From an uncultured Bacteroidota bacterium (lineage in GTDB: Bacteria; Bacteroidota; Bacteroidia; Flavobacteriales; Flavobacteriaceae), in contig CAJXTX010000004.1 of the NCBI GenBank assembly GCA_913060705.1, positions 7,320 to 71,319 of the forward strand: a DNA stretch of 64,000 nucleotides. The letters are read 5' to 3'. A program made the translations under genes and the position numbers. The first letter of the stretch is position 1. Each line of letters starts with the position of its first letter. The notes beneath the pieces are model-generated. The model was not told where the DNA came from, did not search any database, and saw only the letters and a list, made by a program, of their open reading frames with translations. Below are positions 38,633 to 47,814 of this stretch, in pieces.

Positions 38633-39668
38633 GGGCGCGTTCGATCAGAGCCTTGTGGATATCCCAAATCAATTGAGGGCCTTTATACACAAAACCCGTA
38701 TACAATTGAATGAGGTCTGCACCAGCATCTAGCTTTTCTAATGCCGCTGCCGCTGAATCAATCCCCCCTACTCCTATAATGGCAAAAGGATGCTTTTGAC
38801 GTGACTTCAAGTAACGAATAACCTCAGTGCTTCGTTGTGTTAATGGCGCTCCACTAAGCCCTCCGGTCTCAGCGATAAGCGAAGCATCTGAATTCAATCC
38901 TTCACGAGAAAGGGTGGTGTTGGTAGCGATTACTCCATCAAGCTTTAGCGTTTCAACAATATCAAGTATGTCATCTAGCTGCGCATCACTCAAATCGGGT
39001 GCAATTTTTAAAAGTAATGGACAGGGTTGGGTGTCTTGACCATCAGCTAGCTGATCCCGCAGTTCAAGCAAGGTCTTAAGCAAATGAAATAGCGGCTCCT
39101 TTTCTTGTAACTCCCGAAGACCTGGAGTGTTTGGAGAACTCACATTAACCACAAAATAATCGACCTTACCGTACAGGGCTTTCATGGCCTGAGTATAGTC
39201 ATCAATGGCGTTCTCGTTTGGTGTAACTTTATTTTTGCCAATATTTCCACCAATAACAGTGCGATGTCTCTTAGAAAGTCTTGCCACAACTCGATCAACA
39301 CCATCGTTATTGAAGCCCATTCTATTGATGAGCGCACGATCTTCTTTTAACCTAAAGAGTCGCTTTTTCGGATTACCCGGTTGTGCTTTTGGCGTAACCG
39401 TTCCAATTTCTACAAAACCAAATCCAAAGTCCGAGAAGGCATTATATAAAAGAGCATTCTTGTCGAAGCCCGCCGCTAAACCCACTGGACTATCGAACGC
39501 TATACCCATTACCTCTTTGCGCAGCGCGGAGTGACGAGGCACCCAAAGGGATCTAATGATGCGTGTGAGACCCAAGATCTCGAACAATCGGATAGCTCCA
39601 AACGAAAAGTGGTGAGCCTTTTCAGGATCAATTTTAAAAAGTAGCGCGCGTAGTATAGAATACATCAT
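38616..39668 (-). CDS. pyrD: Dihydroorotate dehydrogenase (quinone), class 2
   Basis: Motifs are [21 protein letters not shown] and IGVGGI. It has the N-terminal membrane-association helix. Confidence 0.9.
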   Translation of the reverse strand: MMYSILRALLFKIDPEKAHHFSFGAIRLFEILGLTRIIRSLWVPRHSALRKEVMGIAFDSPVGLAAGFDKNALLYNAFSDFGFGFVEIGTVTPKAQPGNPKKRLFRLKEDRALINRMGFNNDGVDRVVARLSKRHRTVIGGNIGKNKVTPNENAIDDYTQAMKALYGKVDYFVVNVSSPNTPGLRELQEKEPLFHLLKTLLELRDQLADGQDTQPCPLLLKIAPDLSDAQLDDILDIVETLKLDGVIATNTTLSREGLNSDASLIAETGGLSGAPLTQRSTEVIRYLKSRQKHPFAIIGVGGIDSAAAALEKLDAGADLIQLYTGFVYKGPQLIWDIHKALIERAHGQSS

Positions 39669-39680
39669 TCAAGTTGACAC

Positions 39681-39708
39681 AAAAAAGGAGTGATACAATC
39701 ACTCCTTT
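39681..39708 (-). terminator. Rho-independent terminator after yajC
   Basis: The arms AAAGGAGTGAT and ATCACTCCTTT form a perfect 11-bp stem with a 3-nt loop. On the minus strand the hairpin runs into TTTTTT. It lies between yajC and pyrD. Confidence 0.75.
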
Positions 39709-39733
39709 ATTAATACTATCACCTAGCGGGATA

Positions 39734-40012
39734 TTAAGACTTTTGGAGCTTTAGACTCAACTCATGAGATATTGAGCTGTTCTCCAGTTTCAATTTACCA
39801 GCAAGGGTTTCAATTACTACAGTATGATCCGAATCATTGATCTCCATGATTTTACCGTGGAGACCGCTTTTAGTGATGACACGATCACCCTTTTTAAGAG
39901 CGGTTATAAACTTCTTCTCATCTTTTTGTCGCTTCATTTGAGGGCGGATCATAAAAAAATACGCCACGACGAAAATGAGAATTAAGGGAAAAAATTGGCT
40001 GATTGCTTCCAT
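39734..40012 (-). CDS. yajC: Preprotein translocase subunit YajC
   Basis: It is 92 aa with a single N-terminal TM, followed by RPQMKRQKDEKKF and KKGDRVITKSGLHGKI. Confidence 0.85.
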   Translation of the reverse strand: MEAISQFFPLILIFVVAYFFMIRPQMKRQKDEKKFITALKKGDRVITKSGLHGKIMEINDSDHTVVIETLAGKLKLENSSISHELSLKLQKS

Positions 40013-40026
40013 TCAAAAAGGGTTGA

Positions 40027-40530
40027 TTATTTCTTTAAAGGCGAATCAAAGGCCGTTGCAGACTCTGGCTGAACAAATGCAGTGATTCTTAAGGTTTCTG
40101 TTCCGGCTTTGGTATTGGTCGTAAGTGTAATCGTCTTGGTAACCTGATTAATTCCAGTTCCGTTAAACTTCACCAAAAGCTCTCCAGTCTCGCCAGGGGC
40201 AATTGGAGTATTTCTAGGATAATCTGGTACAGTACATCCACAGCTAGAGCGCGCGTTGGTAATCAACAAAGGAGCGTCACCAATATTCTTAAAGGTGAAA
40301 ACTGTTTCTTGTGGTGTTCCAGCAGCAATGGTACCAAAGTCGTGTTCTACCTTATCAAAAGACATACGTGCAAATGTTCCTTGAGCATCTGAAGCTACTG
40401 CCGCTGAGGCTGTAGTTGGAGCATTTGAAGTTGATTCTTTTGAAGTTGTATTTGAGGCGTTTCCGCACGACACACCCAATGACAAGGCTATTGTGGCAAT
40501 ACCTAGAGTAAAAATTCGCGATGTTTTCAT
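40027..40530 (-). CDS. DUF1573 domain lipoprotein
   Basis: It has the lipoprotein signal LGVSCG and the DUF1573 core FKNIGDAPLLI...SCGCTVP. Its position between nusB and yajC is typical of Bacteroidota. Confidence 0.75.
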   Translation of the reverse strand: MKTSRIFTLGIATIALSLGVSCGNASNTTSKESTSNAPTTASAAVASDAQGTFARMSFDKVEHDFGTIAAGTPQETVFTFKNIGDAPLLITNARSSCGCTVPDYPRNTPIAPGETGELLVKFNGTGINQVTKTITLTTNTKAGTETLRITAFVQPESATAFDSPLKK

Positions 40531-40581
40531 GTTCTAAATCTTAGTTAATGACGTTCAAAAATAATCAATTCTTTTTGCCTG

Positions 40582-41529
40582 TCAGAGTAATCCCCGTCCG
40601 GCTTTTTTCATACGCTTGTCAGCAGTAAATTCTTTGCTTAGCTGATCTAAAATACCATTGATAAACATACTGCTTTTAGGAGTAGAGTACTCTTTGGCGA
40701 TTTCAAGATACTCGTTCAAGGTGACCTTTGGCGGTATAGACTCAAAGTCAAGCAGCTCGCCTATGCCCATGATCAATAAGATACGATCTACATCCGTTAT
40801 GCGATCTTGATCCCAGTTCGGCGTCTTTCCTTCGATCTCCTTGGCATAGCGATCAAAATTCAAGGCAATCTTAGAAAGCAAGGCGGCGGCGAATTTACGA
40901 TCCTCATCATCCACTAGACGACTCCATCCGTCAAAGGCGTTACTCTTCTTGATATCGAGCATTGAAAGCTGCTTCAAGATAAAAGTATTGACGACCGGGA
41001 AATCATCCGCCCAACTCAACATTTCGTCTTCTATAAAACTGTACAGATCGTCATTGGGGGCAATAAAATCATGGAATAAAGTAAGAAGCTGCGCTTGATG
41101 CTCCTTTAAAGTGGGTTTTTCAAGTTCCATATACCCCTTAAAAGAAACACTTGAAACGTATTCCTTATACACCTTGACCACGTACTTTTCATTCAAGTAC
41201 CAGTGGTTGATTTTAAATTTCTTCCAGGCCTCACGAAGCGTTTCAGATTCAGTGATCGCCATGAGATACGGATTCTCAATAAAGCGCTCAGGGTCAACAA
41301 AGGTGCTCTTTGAAGAGTCTAAATAGGCCTTTTTTCGGGCTTCTGTCTCATGAATGGCCCATTGCCTAAGGGCGTAGAAAAAGTTCAGTTGAAGTAAGTA
41401 AAGTACCGTACTCTGATCAATACTTTGCTTTAGGGATTTTTGTTGTTGTTCAATTGTACTCTCGTCGGTCTTAGTCAGTGCATAGAGACTTTGAAAAACC
41501 TTGATGCGGATGTGGCGGCGCGTTAACAT
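40582..41529 (-). CDS. nusB: Transcription antitermination factor NusB (long Bacteroidota form)
   Basis: It has the N-terminal RRHIRIKVFQSLYA and a C-terminal NusB fold block (DRILLIMGIGELL, EYLEIAKEYS). Confidence 0.8.
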   Translation of the reverse strand: MLTRRHIRIKVFQSLYALTKTDESTIEQQQKSLKQSIDQSTVLYLLQLNFFYALRQWAIHETEARKKAYLDSSKSTFVDPERFIENPYLMAITESETLREAWKKFKINHWYLNEKYVVKVYKEYVSSVSFKGYMELEKPTLKEHQAQLLTLFHDFIAPNDDLYSFIEDEMLSWADDFPVVNTFILKQLSMLDIKKSNAFDGWSRLVDDEDRKFAAALLSKIALNFDRYAKEIEGKTPNWDQDRITDVDRILLIMGIGELLDFESIPPKVTLNEYLEIAKEYSTPKSSMFINGILDQLSKEFTADKRMKKAGRGLL

Positions 41530-41564
41530 GCGAAAGAACTTTGGTCAAAATTGAATAACGGATC

Positions 41565-41572
41565 CAAAGGTA
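41565..41572 (-). promoter_or_regulatory. Candidate -7 box TACCTTTG upstream of nusB
   Basis: It is an exact match to TAnnTTTG on the minus strand, 35 nt upstream of the nusB ATG. Confidence 0.35.
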
Positions 41573-41590
41573 CAGTTATAAATCATATAG

Positions 41591-41598
41591 TATCTTTG
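41591..41598 (+). promoter_or_regulatory. Candidate -7 box TATCTTTG upstream of the ABC exporter gene
   Basis: It is an exact match to TAnnTTTG, 21 nt upstream of the ATG at 41620. Confidence 0.4.
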
Positions 41599-41619
41599 AA
41601 ATTTGACACAAACGACGGT

Positions 41620-43365
41620 ATGAAAGCCCTGAGGCACCTCAACAAATACTTTCTTAAATACTGGAAGAAGTTACTCATCGGCTTGCTTATTACGGTGAGT
41701 GCGCGCATCTTTTCGTTGGTAATGCCTTCATACATCAACAAGTCGATTCAGACCATTGAACAATTTTTTAAAGGAGAAATAGACAAGGCTTACGCCCAAG
41801 AGCTTCTTGCTATCGATATTGGAATCATCATAGGTACAACGGCCATAGCCGCCCTGCTTACCTTTTTGATGCGCCAATACATCATCAATGTCTCAAGATA
41901 TATTGAGTTCGACCTTAAGAATGAACTCTTTGAACATTACCTCACGCTCTCGCTGAATTTCTTTAAGCGCAATCGCGTTGGAGACTTAATGAATCGACTC
42001 TCTGAAGATGTAAGTCAAGTACGTATGTATGCAGGTCCGGCCATTATGTATGGACTTCAGACGCTGACCCTTTTTGTAATTCTTATTCCTCTGATGTTTA
42101 TCAAGGCACCCACCCTTGCCTTGTATACCGTGCTCCCTTTTCCGATTCTTTCTGTGCTCATTTATAATATTAGCAAACGCATTCACCTGCGCAGTACCGC
42201 GGTACAGGCCTATCTATCTACACTCTCTACCTTTACCCAAGAGCGGTTTTCGGGTATAGCGGTGGTGAAAGCCTACGGCCTTGAAGAACAAATTGACGAA
42301 GATATATCACAACTGTCATCAGAAGGTAAAGAGACGGCCATGCATCTCGTGCGAATCAATGCCTGGTTCTTTCCGTTGATGTTATTGCTTATTGGTGCAT
42401 CGAATATTATCGTGATGTTTGTCGGAGGTAGGATGTTTTTAAATGGAAGTATTTCTTCAGTGGGCCTTATCGCTGAGTTCATCCTCTATGTCAATATGCT
42501 CACCTGGCCAGTAACCGTAGTCGGATGGCTCACCTCTATCATTCAACGTGCAGAGGCCTCGCAAGAGCGTATCAATGATTTTCTGAATACAGCACCGGAT
42601 CTCGCTTCAGGCGACTTAGCCCTAGATGAAGTAAAAGGAGAACTGCACTTCAAGGAGGTTCACCTCACCTATCAAGACACGAATATAGAAGCGCTCAAGG
42701 GAGTTAGTTTCACAGTGAAACCAGGAGAAACCTTGGCTATTCTGGGCAAAACCGGTTCAGGTAAATCGAGTGTTATGGATCTAGCAGCACGCCTATTGGA
42801 TCCCACTTCAGGAACGATACTACTCGATCAAAAGGACCTCAAATCTTACAACTTAGACCAGCTAAGAGCTGAAATCGGAGCCGTGCCGCAAGACGCCTTT
42901 TTATTCTCAGAAACCATTAAGTCGAATATCAAATTTGGCTCAAAGAATGCAAGTGATGACGAAATTGTAAGTGCAGCTAAAATGGCTGATGTTCACGACA
43001 ACATTCTTTCGTTTCCAGACGGGTACGACACTCAATTAGGAGAACGAGGTATTTCACTTAGTGGAGGACAAAAGCAACGAGTTTCTATCGCCAGAGCACT
43101 GATCAAACAAGCTAAGATTTACCTCTTCGACGATTGCCTCTCGGCTGTCGATACCGAGACCGAAGAAGTTATATTGGAAAACATAAAAAAACTTACCGCC
43201 CATAAAACTACCCTTATCGTTAGTCACCGCATCTCGACGATAAAGCACGCAGATCGCATAATTGTCATAGAAGACGGAAAGATCGTTCAAGAAGGAACAC
43301 ACGCAGAACTCGTTGAAAAAGAGGGCTTTTACAAGCACCTTTACCACGAACAATTAGTGGCCTAA
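41620..43365 (+). CDS. ABC transporter permease/ATP-binding fusion (MsbA-like exporter)
   Basis: It has six N-terminal TM segments, Walker A GKTGSGKSS, the signature LSGGQKQR and Walker B IYLFDD. I chose the ATG at 41620, which lies 22 nt downstream of a TATCTTTG box. The ORF track starts at a TTG at 41551. Confidence 0.9.
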   Translation: MKALRHLNKYFLKYWKKLLIGLLITVSARIFSLVMPSYINKSIQTIEQFFKGEIDKAYAQELLAIDIGIIIGTTAIAALLTFLMRQYIINVSRYIEFDLKNELFEHYLTLSLNFFKRNRVGDLMNRLSEDVSQVRMYAGPAIMYGLQTLTLFVILIPLMFIKAPTLALYTVLPFPILSVLIYNISKRIHLRSTAVQAYLSTLSTFTQERFSGIAVVKAYGLEEQIDEDISQLSSEGKETAMHLVRINAWFFPLMLLLIGASNIIVMFVGGRMFLNGSISSVGLIAEFILYVNMLTWPVTVVGWLTSIIQRAEASQERINDFLNTAPDLASGDLALDEVKGELHFKEVHLTYQDTNIEALKGVSFTVKPGETLAILGKTGSGKSSVMDLAARLLDPTSGTILLDQKDLKSYNLDQLRAEIGAVPQDAFLFSETIKSNIKFGSKNASDDEIVSAAKMADVHDNILSFPDGYDTQLGERGISLSGGQKQRVSIARALIKQAKIYLFDDCLSAVDTETEEVILENIKKLTAHKTTLIVSHRISTIKHADRIIVIEDGKIVQEGTHAELVEKEGFYKHLYHEQLVA

Positions 43366-43426
43366 AAAAGTTGTTCGACATTCTTTTTTTTTCCATTTTT
43401 GGGTAAGACGTTAATAGAGTCTATCT

Positions 43427-43801
43427 ATGGAATCACGATTTAATGGCGAACAAGAGGAGATTTTCTCAAAAGTTTTAAGAGCAGGACGAAGAACCTATTT
43501 CTTTGACGTTCGTGCTACAAAGGCAGGAGACTACTACCTTACACTCACCGAGAGTAAGAAGTTTTCGAATGAAGACGGAAGCTTTCACTACAAAAAACAT
43601 AAGATCTATCTGTACAAAGAAGACTTCACTGCCTTTGCCGAAATATTAAATGAGATGATGCAATTTGTGGTGGACACAAAAGGTGAAGAAGTAATTTCTG
43701 AGCGTCATCAAAAAGACTTTAAAAAAGAAGAGGATGCAAGCAGCGCTGATGAAAATCAGAGTTCTTCTTCGTTCACAGATCTCGATTTCGAGGAACTTTA
43801 A
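43427..43801 (+). CDS. DUF3276 / PUR-alpha-like nucleic-acid-binding protein
   Basis: The core is FSKVLRAGRRTYFFDVRATKAGDYYLTLTESKK, and the C-terminal tail is acidic. Confidence 0.7.
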   Translation: MESRFNGEQEEIFSKVLRAGRRTYFFDVRATKAGDYYLTLTESKKFSNEDGSFHYKKHKIYLYKEDFTAFAEILNEMMQFVVDTKGEEVISERHQKDFKKEEDASSADENQSSSSFTDLDFEEL

Positions 43802-43816
43802 TCTAAAAGAATCCCC

Positions 43817-46348
43817 ATGAAAAAAATCTTTTTCAGCCTTCTTGGGCTGTGTCTTGTTGGCTTTGTAAGCGGACAAGTTTCGTCAGACGAGGTAACCCTT
43901 GAGTATTACCTTCCTAAAGGTGCCACATACGATGCCTCAATACCACGACCTGAAAGCGTCATTGGACACGAAGTGGGTGAATGGCATATTACACATGATA
44001 AACTGGTTTCTTACATGTATGCCCTGGCAGAGGCCAGCGATCGAATCAACATTAGTAATCGCGGCACCACTTATGAGGGAAGACCACTTTTGTTGCTCAC
44101 CATTTCTAGCCCTGCTAATCTGAGTCGAATAGATGAGATACAAAAGAATCAACAACAAATCGCCTCAGGAAATCAACAACCCACTGCAAATGATCCGGTT
44201 GTAATCTATCAAGGATTTTCTATTCACGGGAACGAACCAAGCGGCTCGAATGCTTCACTAGCATACGCCTACTACCTGGCGGCTTCTGATGAAGCTCTTG
44301 GATTTCTAGAGAATACGGTAGTACTCTTTGATCCAAGCTTTAATCCTGATGGTCTGCAGCGCTTCGCCTACTGGGCGAATACCAATCGTGCTCATGTCAT
44401 CAATTCAGACCCTAACGATAGAGAGTACAACGAGGTATGGCCAGGCGGTCGCACCAACCACTATTATTTTGATTTAAATCGTGACTGGTTACCCGTTCAA
44501 TTACCAGAAAGTAGAGCACGCCTAGTAACGTTTCACGATTGGGTGCCTAATATCTTGACGGATCACCATGAAATGGGCACGAATTCGTCTTTCTTCTTCC
44601 AACCAGGAGAGCCTAAACGCGTACACCCATTAACTCCGAAAATCAATCAAGAGCTCACAAAAGCGATAGGAAACTACCACGAGACCGCCTTGAATGAAAT
44701 CGGCTCGCTCTATTACAGCGAAGAGAACTATGACGACTATTACTACGGTAAAGGATCTACTTTTCCGGACGTAAACGGAAGTATAGGAATACTCTTTGAA
44801 CAGGCGAGTTCAAGGGGACACGTACAAGAAAGCGATAACGGCCTTTTGACTTTCCCGTTTACCGTTCGCAATCAAATGACAACGGCAATCTCAACCCTTA
44901 AAGCGGCGAATGGATTGAAAGAGCAGCTTCAAAATTATCAATACAGCTATTACCGAGATTTAAAACAAGAAGCTGCTGCTGAAAAAGCAGGCGGATACCT
45001 GTTTGGTAGCCCTAAAGATTTTAGCAGCCCATGGCATCTTGCAGAAGTACTAAAGAGACACCGCATAGCACACAAAGTACTCGATTCAGATGTTACCGTT
45101 GGCGGAAAGAAGTACGCAGCAAAAAACAGCTATTTTGTTCCTTTAAATCAGAAGAATCCACGTCTTATCCATGCTATTTTCGAAGAGCGTACGGTATTTG
45201 AAGACAGTCTTTTTTACGACATTTCTGCATGGACTTTTCCACATGCATTTGGCGTGAATGCCGAAAAATTAAGTAAGGCTCCTACGAGCCAAATGAGCGA
45301 AGACTCTTCTATGGAATTACCTGCAGGATCGGTTAGCGGAAAAAGCAGTTATGCGTATCTGTTCGAAGCCCACGATTATTACGCACCTAAGCTAATTCAT
45401 GCGCTTACTCAAAAAGGTATTCGGGTAAAAGTGGGTCTTGCTCCCTTTGAATTAGAGAACAAAAACTACGACTACGGAACACTAATGATTCCGCTTCAGA
45501 GCCAAAACCTAACTGCCGATGAACTCTACAGTACGCTTAGTGCGCTCGTTCAAGAGATCCCTGTTAAGGTACAGGCAGTCGGGACAGGTAAAACGAAAGG
45601 GATTGATTTAGGGAGTAATGATTTTGACGCCGTCAAGCCTATATCTGTAGCTATGATTGTAGGAGATGGCATCCGTTCTTATGATGCCGGGGAAATGTGG
45701 CATCTGTTTGATCAGAGATTTGACATCAAGGTGACTAAACTTGACACTAGAGACTTAGACCGTACCGACTTGTCGAGATACAATCGTATCATCTTTCCGA
45801 GCACCTCGTATGGGTTGTCTATTGGAGATAGAGCGATCTCTAATTTAAAAGACTGGGTACGTGACGGAGGAGTTTTGATTGGATACAGAGGCGCATTGAG
45901 TTGGTTAAAACGCAATGAGTTTATTGATTTCGAAACCCGTAGACCTGTGGTCAAAGACGCTAAGAATCTGCGCTTCGACCAGCGCGACGAATATTCAGGT
46001 GCTCAAGTAACAGGTGGGGCTATTTTTGAAGCATCAATCGATCGTTCGCACCCTATCAACTTTGGTTTTACTGAAAATAGAATAGCGCTTTTTAGGAATA
46101 CAAACACCTTTATCGCTCCTAAACAACACTCGTATCAGAACCCCATTCAGTATACCAACAATCCGCTTTTAAGTGGATACATCTCAGAAGAAAATTTAGC
46201 CGAACTCAAGGGTTCAGTGCCCTTCGTTACCCAAAGCATGGGGGCTGGTCGCGTAATTGGATTAACCGACAACACGAACTTTAGAGCCTTCTGGTACGGA
46301 ACGAATCGCATTCTTTTGAATGCACTGTTCTTTGCAGACTCGATGTAA
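43817..46348 (+). CDS. Secreted M14 family zinc carboxypeptidase with long C-terminal extension (843 aa), paralog of 21082-23508
   Basis: It has a signal peptide and the motifs HGNEPSG, FNPDGLQRF, GRTNHYYFDLNRDW and DHHEMG. The C-terminal FRAFWYGTNRILLNALFF matches FRGFWYGAKQAVANALFF in the paralog. Confidence 0.85.
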   Translation: MKKIFFSLLGLCLVGFVSGQVSSDEVTLEYYLPKGATYDASIPRPESVIGHEVGEWHITHDKLVSYMYALAEASDRINISNRGTTYEGRPLLLLTISSPANLSRIDEIQKNQQQIASGNQQPTANDPVVIYQGFSIHGNEPSGSNASLAYAYYLAASDEALGFLENTVVLFDPSFNPDGLQRFAYWANTNRAHVINSDPNDREYNEVWPGGRTNHYYFDLNRDWLPVQLPESRARLVTFHDWVPNILTDHHEMGTNSSFFFQPGEPKRVHPLTPKINQELTKAIGNYHETALNEIGSLYYSEENYDDYYYGKGSTFPDVNGSIGILFEQASSRGHVQESDNGLLTFPFTVRNQMTTAISTLKAANGLKEQLQNYQYSYYRDLKQEAAAEKAGGYLFGSPKDFSSPWHLAEVLKRHRIAHKVLDSDVTVGGKKYAAKNSYFVPLNQKNPRLIHAIFEERTVFEDSLFYDISAWTFPHAFGVNAEKLSKAPTSQMSEDSSMELPAGSVSGKSSYAYLFEAHDYYAPKLIHALTQKGIRVKVGLAPFELENKNYDYGTLMIPLQSQNLTADELYSTLSALVQEIPVKVQAVGTGKTKGIDLGSNDFDAVKPISVAMIVGDGIRSYDAGEMWHLFDQRFDIKVTKLDTRDLDRTDLSRYNRIIFPSTSYGLSIGDRAISNLKDWVRDGGVLIGYRGALSWLKRNEFIDFETRRPVVKDAKNLRFDQRDEYSGAQVTGGAIFEASIDRSHPINFGFTENRIALFRNTNTFIAPKQHSYQNPIQYTNNPLLSGYISEENLAELKGSVPFVTQSMGAGRVIGLTDNTNFRAFWYGTNRILLNALFFADSM

Positions 46349-46873
46349 TTACCAATGGTTGCGCTTCGCTAACCCCTCGAGATGGGCATAGTGATGAGCA
46401 CCATGCCATGCATATAAGAGCGTATTCTCTAAAAGGGTACGCTCTTTTTTTGCGTCCGGGTGAATAAAGGCTTGTTTCATTTCATCAAAACGCAACGATC
46501 GAACGAGATAAACAATCTTTTGGTGTACGGCTTCTAACAAAATAAGAGAACTTTCAATGGGCATCTGTGCGTCTGGCAAATGCGCCCAACCGTCTTGATC
46601 GTATGCTTTAATGAGCGGTGTTTCTTCAGATAATGCCCATTTATAACGAATAAGACTATGCAAATGACTATCTGCTAAATGGTGGATCAATTGACGAGCT
46701 GTCCACCCTCCTTCGCGATAAGGGGTGTCTAATTGCGTATCGCTCCAATCCGATACGAGTTGACGCAAGGCGGATGGAAGTTGCTCTAATTGTGTAACCG
46801 CCTTTTCAATGTGCTGTTCTGAAATCTCAGCCGGGAGCTCAAACCCACCGATCGGAAATTTTAGCGAATCCAC
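46349..46873 (-). CDS. DinB-fold YfiT/BstA-like putative bacillithiol S-transferase (metal-dependent)
   Basis: QLDTPYREGGWTARQLIHHLADSHLHS and AWHGAHHYAHL are colinear with Bacillus YfiT ([27 protein letters not shown] and WHSHHHIAHI). The start is GTG. Confidence 0.8.
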   Translation of the reverse strand: MDSLKFPIGGFELPAEISEQHIEKAVTQLEQLPSALRQLVSDWSDTQLDTPYREGGWTARQLIHHLADSHLHSLIRYKWALSEETPLIKAYDQDGWAHLPDAQMPIESSLILLEAVHQKIVYLVRSLRFDEMKQAFIHPDAKKERTLLENTLLYAWHGAHHYAHLEGLAKRNHW

Positions 46874-46875
46874 GA

Positions 46876-47808
46876 TTAACCTACACTTACGAGTTCAACA
46901 TCAAAGATCAAGGTAGCATTTGGCGGTATCACCCCTCCGGCACCGCGAGAGCCATAGCCGAGTTCTGAAGGGATAACAAAGCGTGCCTTATCACCAACCT
47001 TTAAAAGAGAAATACCTTCATCCCATCCTGAGATCACTTGTCCAATACCTAAGGTAAATTCAATCGGTTCTTTACGTTGGAATGAAGAATCAAAAACCTG
47101 ACCATTTTCTAAGCTACCCTCATAGTGTACTTTAACCTTCTTCTTTGGTTCTGCTTGAGCCCCGTTACCCTGTTGGATGATCTTGTAGCGCAATCCCGAT
47201 GACGTTTTTTCAAAGCCCGCCGCGAGCTTTTCCATAGCCGCTTCTCTAGCCTCCTGCTCTTTCTTTTCGCGTTCAGCTCTAGAATTTTCAAAGGTTCTGA
47301 ACGCCTCCACAGCATTCCATTTTTCAGCCTCAGCCCCTTTGCGTAGTATAGTAAGACTCTTAATAGTATCCCCCTGAGCCACAGCATCGACCACCTCTTG
47401 ACCTGAAATGACATGTCCGAAGACGGTGTGCTTGTTATCGAGCCAAGGCGTAGGCACATGAGTAATAAAAAATTGACTACCGTTTGTGCCTGGACCGGCA
47501 TTAGCCATAGACAGTACACCAGGCTTGTCATGCTTGAGTTCTGGATGAAATTCATCGTCAAACTTGTATCCAGGATCTCCGGTACCTGTACCTAGCGGAC
47601 ACCCTCCTTGAATCATAAAATCAGGAATCACGCGGTGAAATTTTAAGCCGTCATAATAGGGTGTCCCCTGGGCCTTCGCCTTATTTTCTAAGTCACCCTC
47701 CGCTAGTGCCACAAAGTTTCCAACGGTCCCTGGAGTTTTGTCGTGCGTGAGTTTAACGGTTATACTTCCTTTGTCTGTTTCAAACTGAGCGTAAATTCCT
47801 TCTTGCAT
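46876..47808 (-). CDS. Dual-family peptidyl-prolyl isomerase: N-terminal cyclophilin domain fused to C-terminal FKBP domain
   Basis: The cyclophilin block is FHRVIPDFMIQGGCPLGTGTGDPGY...SMANAGPGTNGSQFFIT. The FKBP block is VHYEGSLENGQVFDSS...GQVISGWDEG...IPPNATLIFDVELV. A charged helical linker joins them. Confidence 0.9.
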   Translation of the reverse strand: MQEGIYAQFETDKGSITVKLTHDKTPGTVGNFVALAEGDLENKAKAQGTPYYDGLKFHRVIPDFMIQGGCPLGTGTGDPGYKFDDEFHPELKHDKPGVLSMANAGPGTNGSQFFITHVPTPWLDNKHTVFGHVISGQEVVDAVAQGDTIKSLTILRKGAEAEKWNAVEAFRTFENSRAEREKKEQEAREAAMEKLAAGFEKTSSGLRYKIIQQGNGAQAEPKKKVKVHYEGSLENGQVFDSSFQRKEPIEFTLGIGQVISGWDEGISLLKVGDKARFVIPSELGYGSRGAGGVIPPNATLIFDVELVSVG

Positions 47809-47814
47809 AATGTG

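Noticed and set aside
47109-47561. 150-aa same-strand out-of-frame ORF inside the cyclophilin-FKBP gene
   Set aside because: The annotated frame has unambiguous PPIase motifs throughout. The alternative frame is basic and low in complexity, with no signals of its own.
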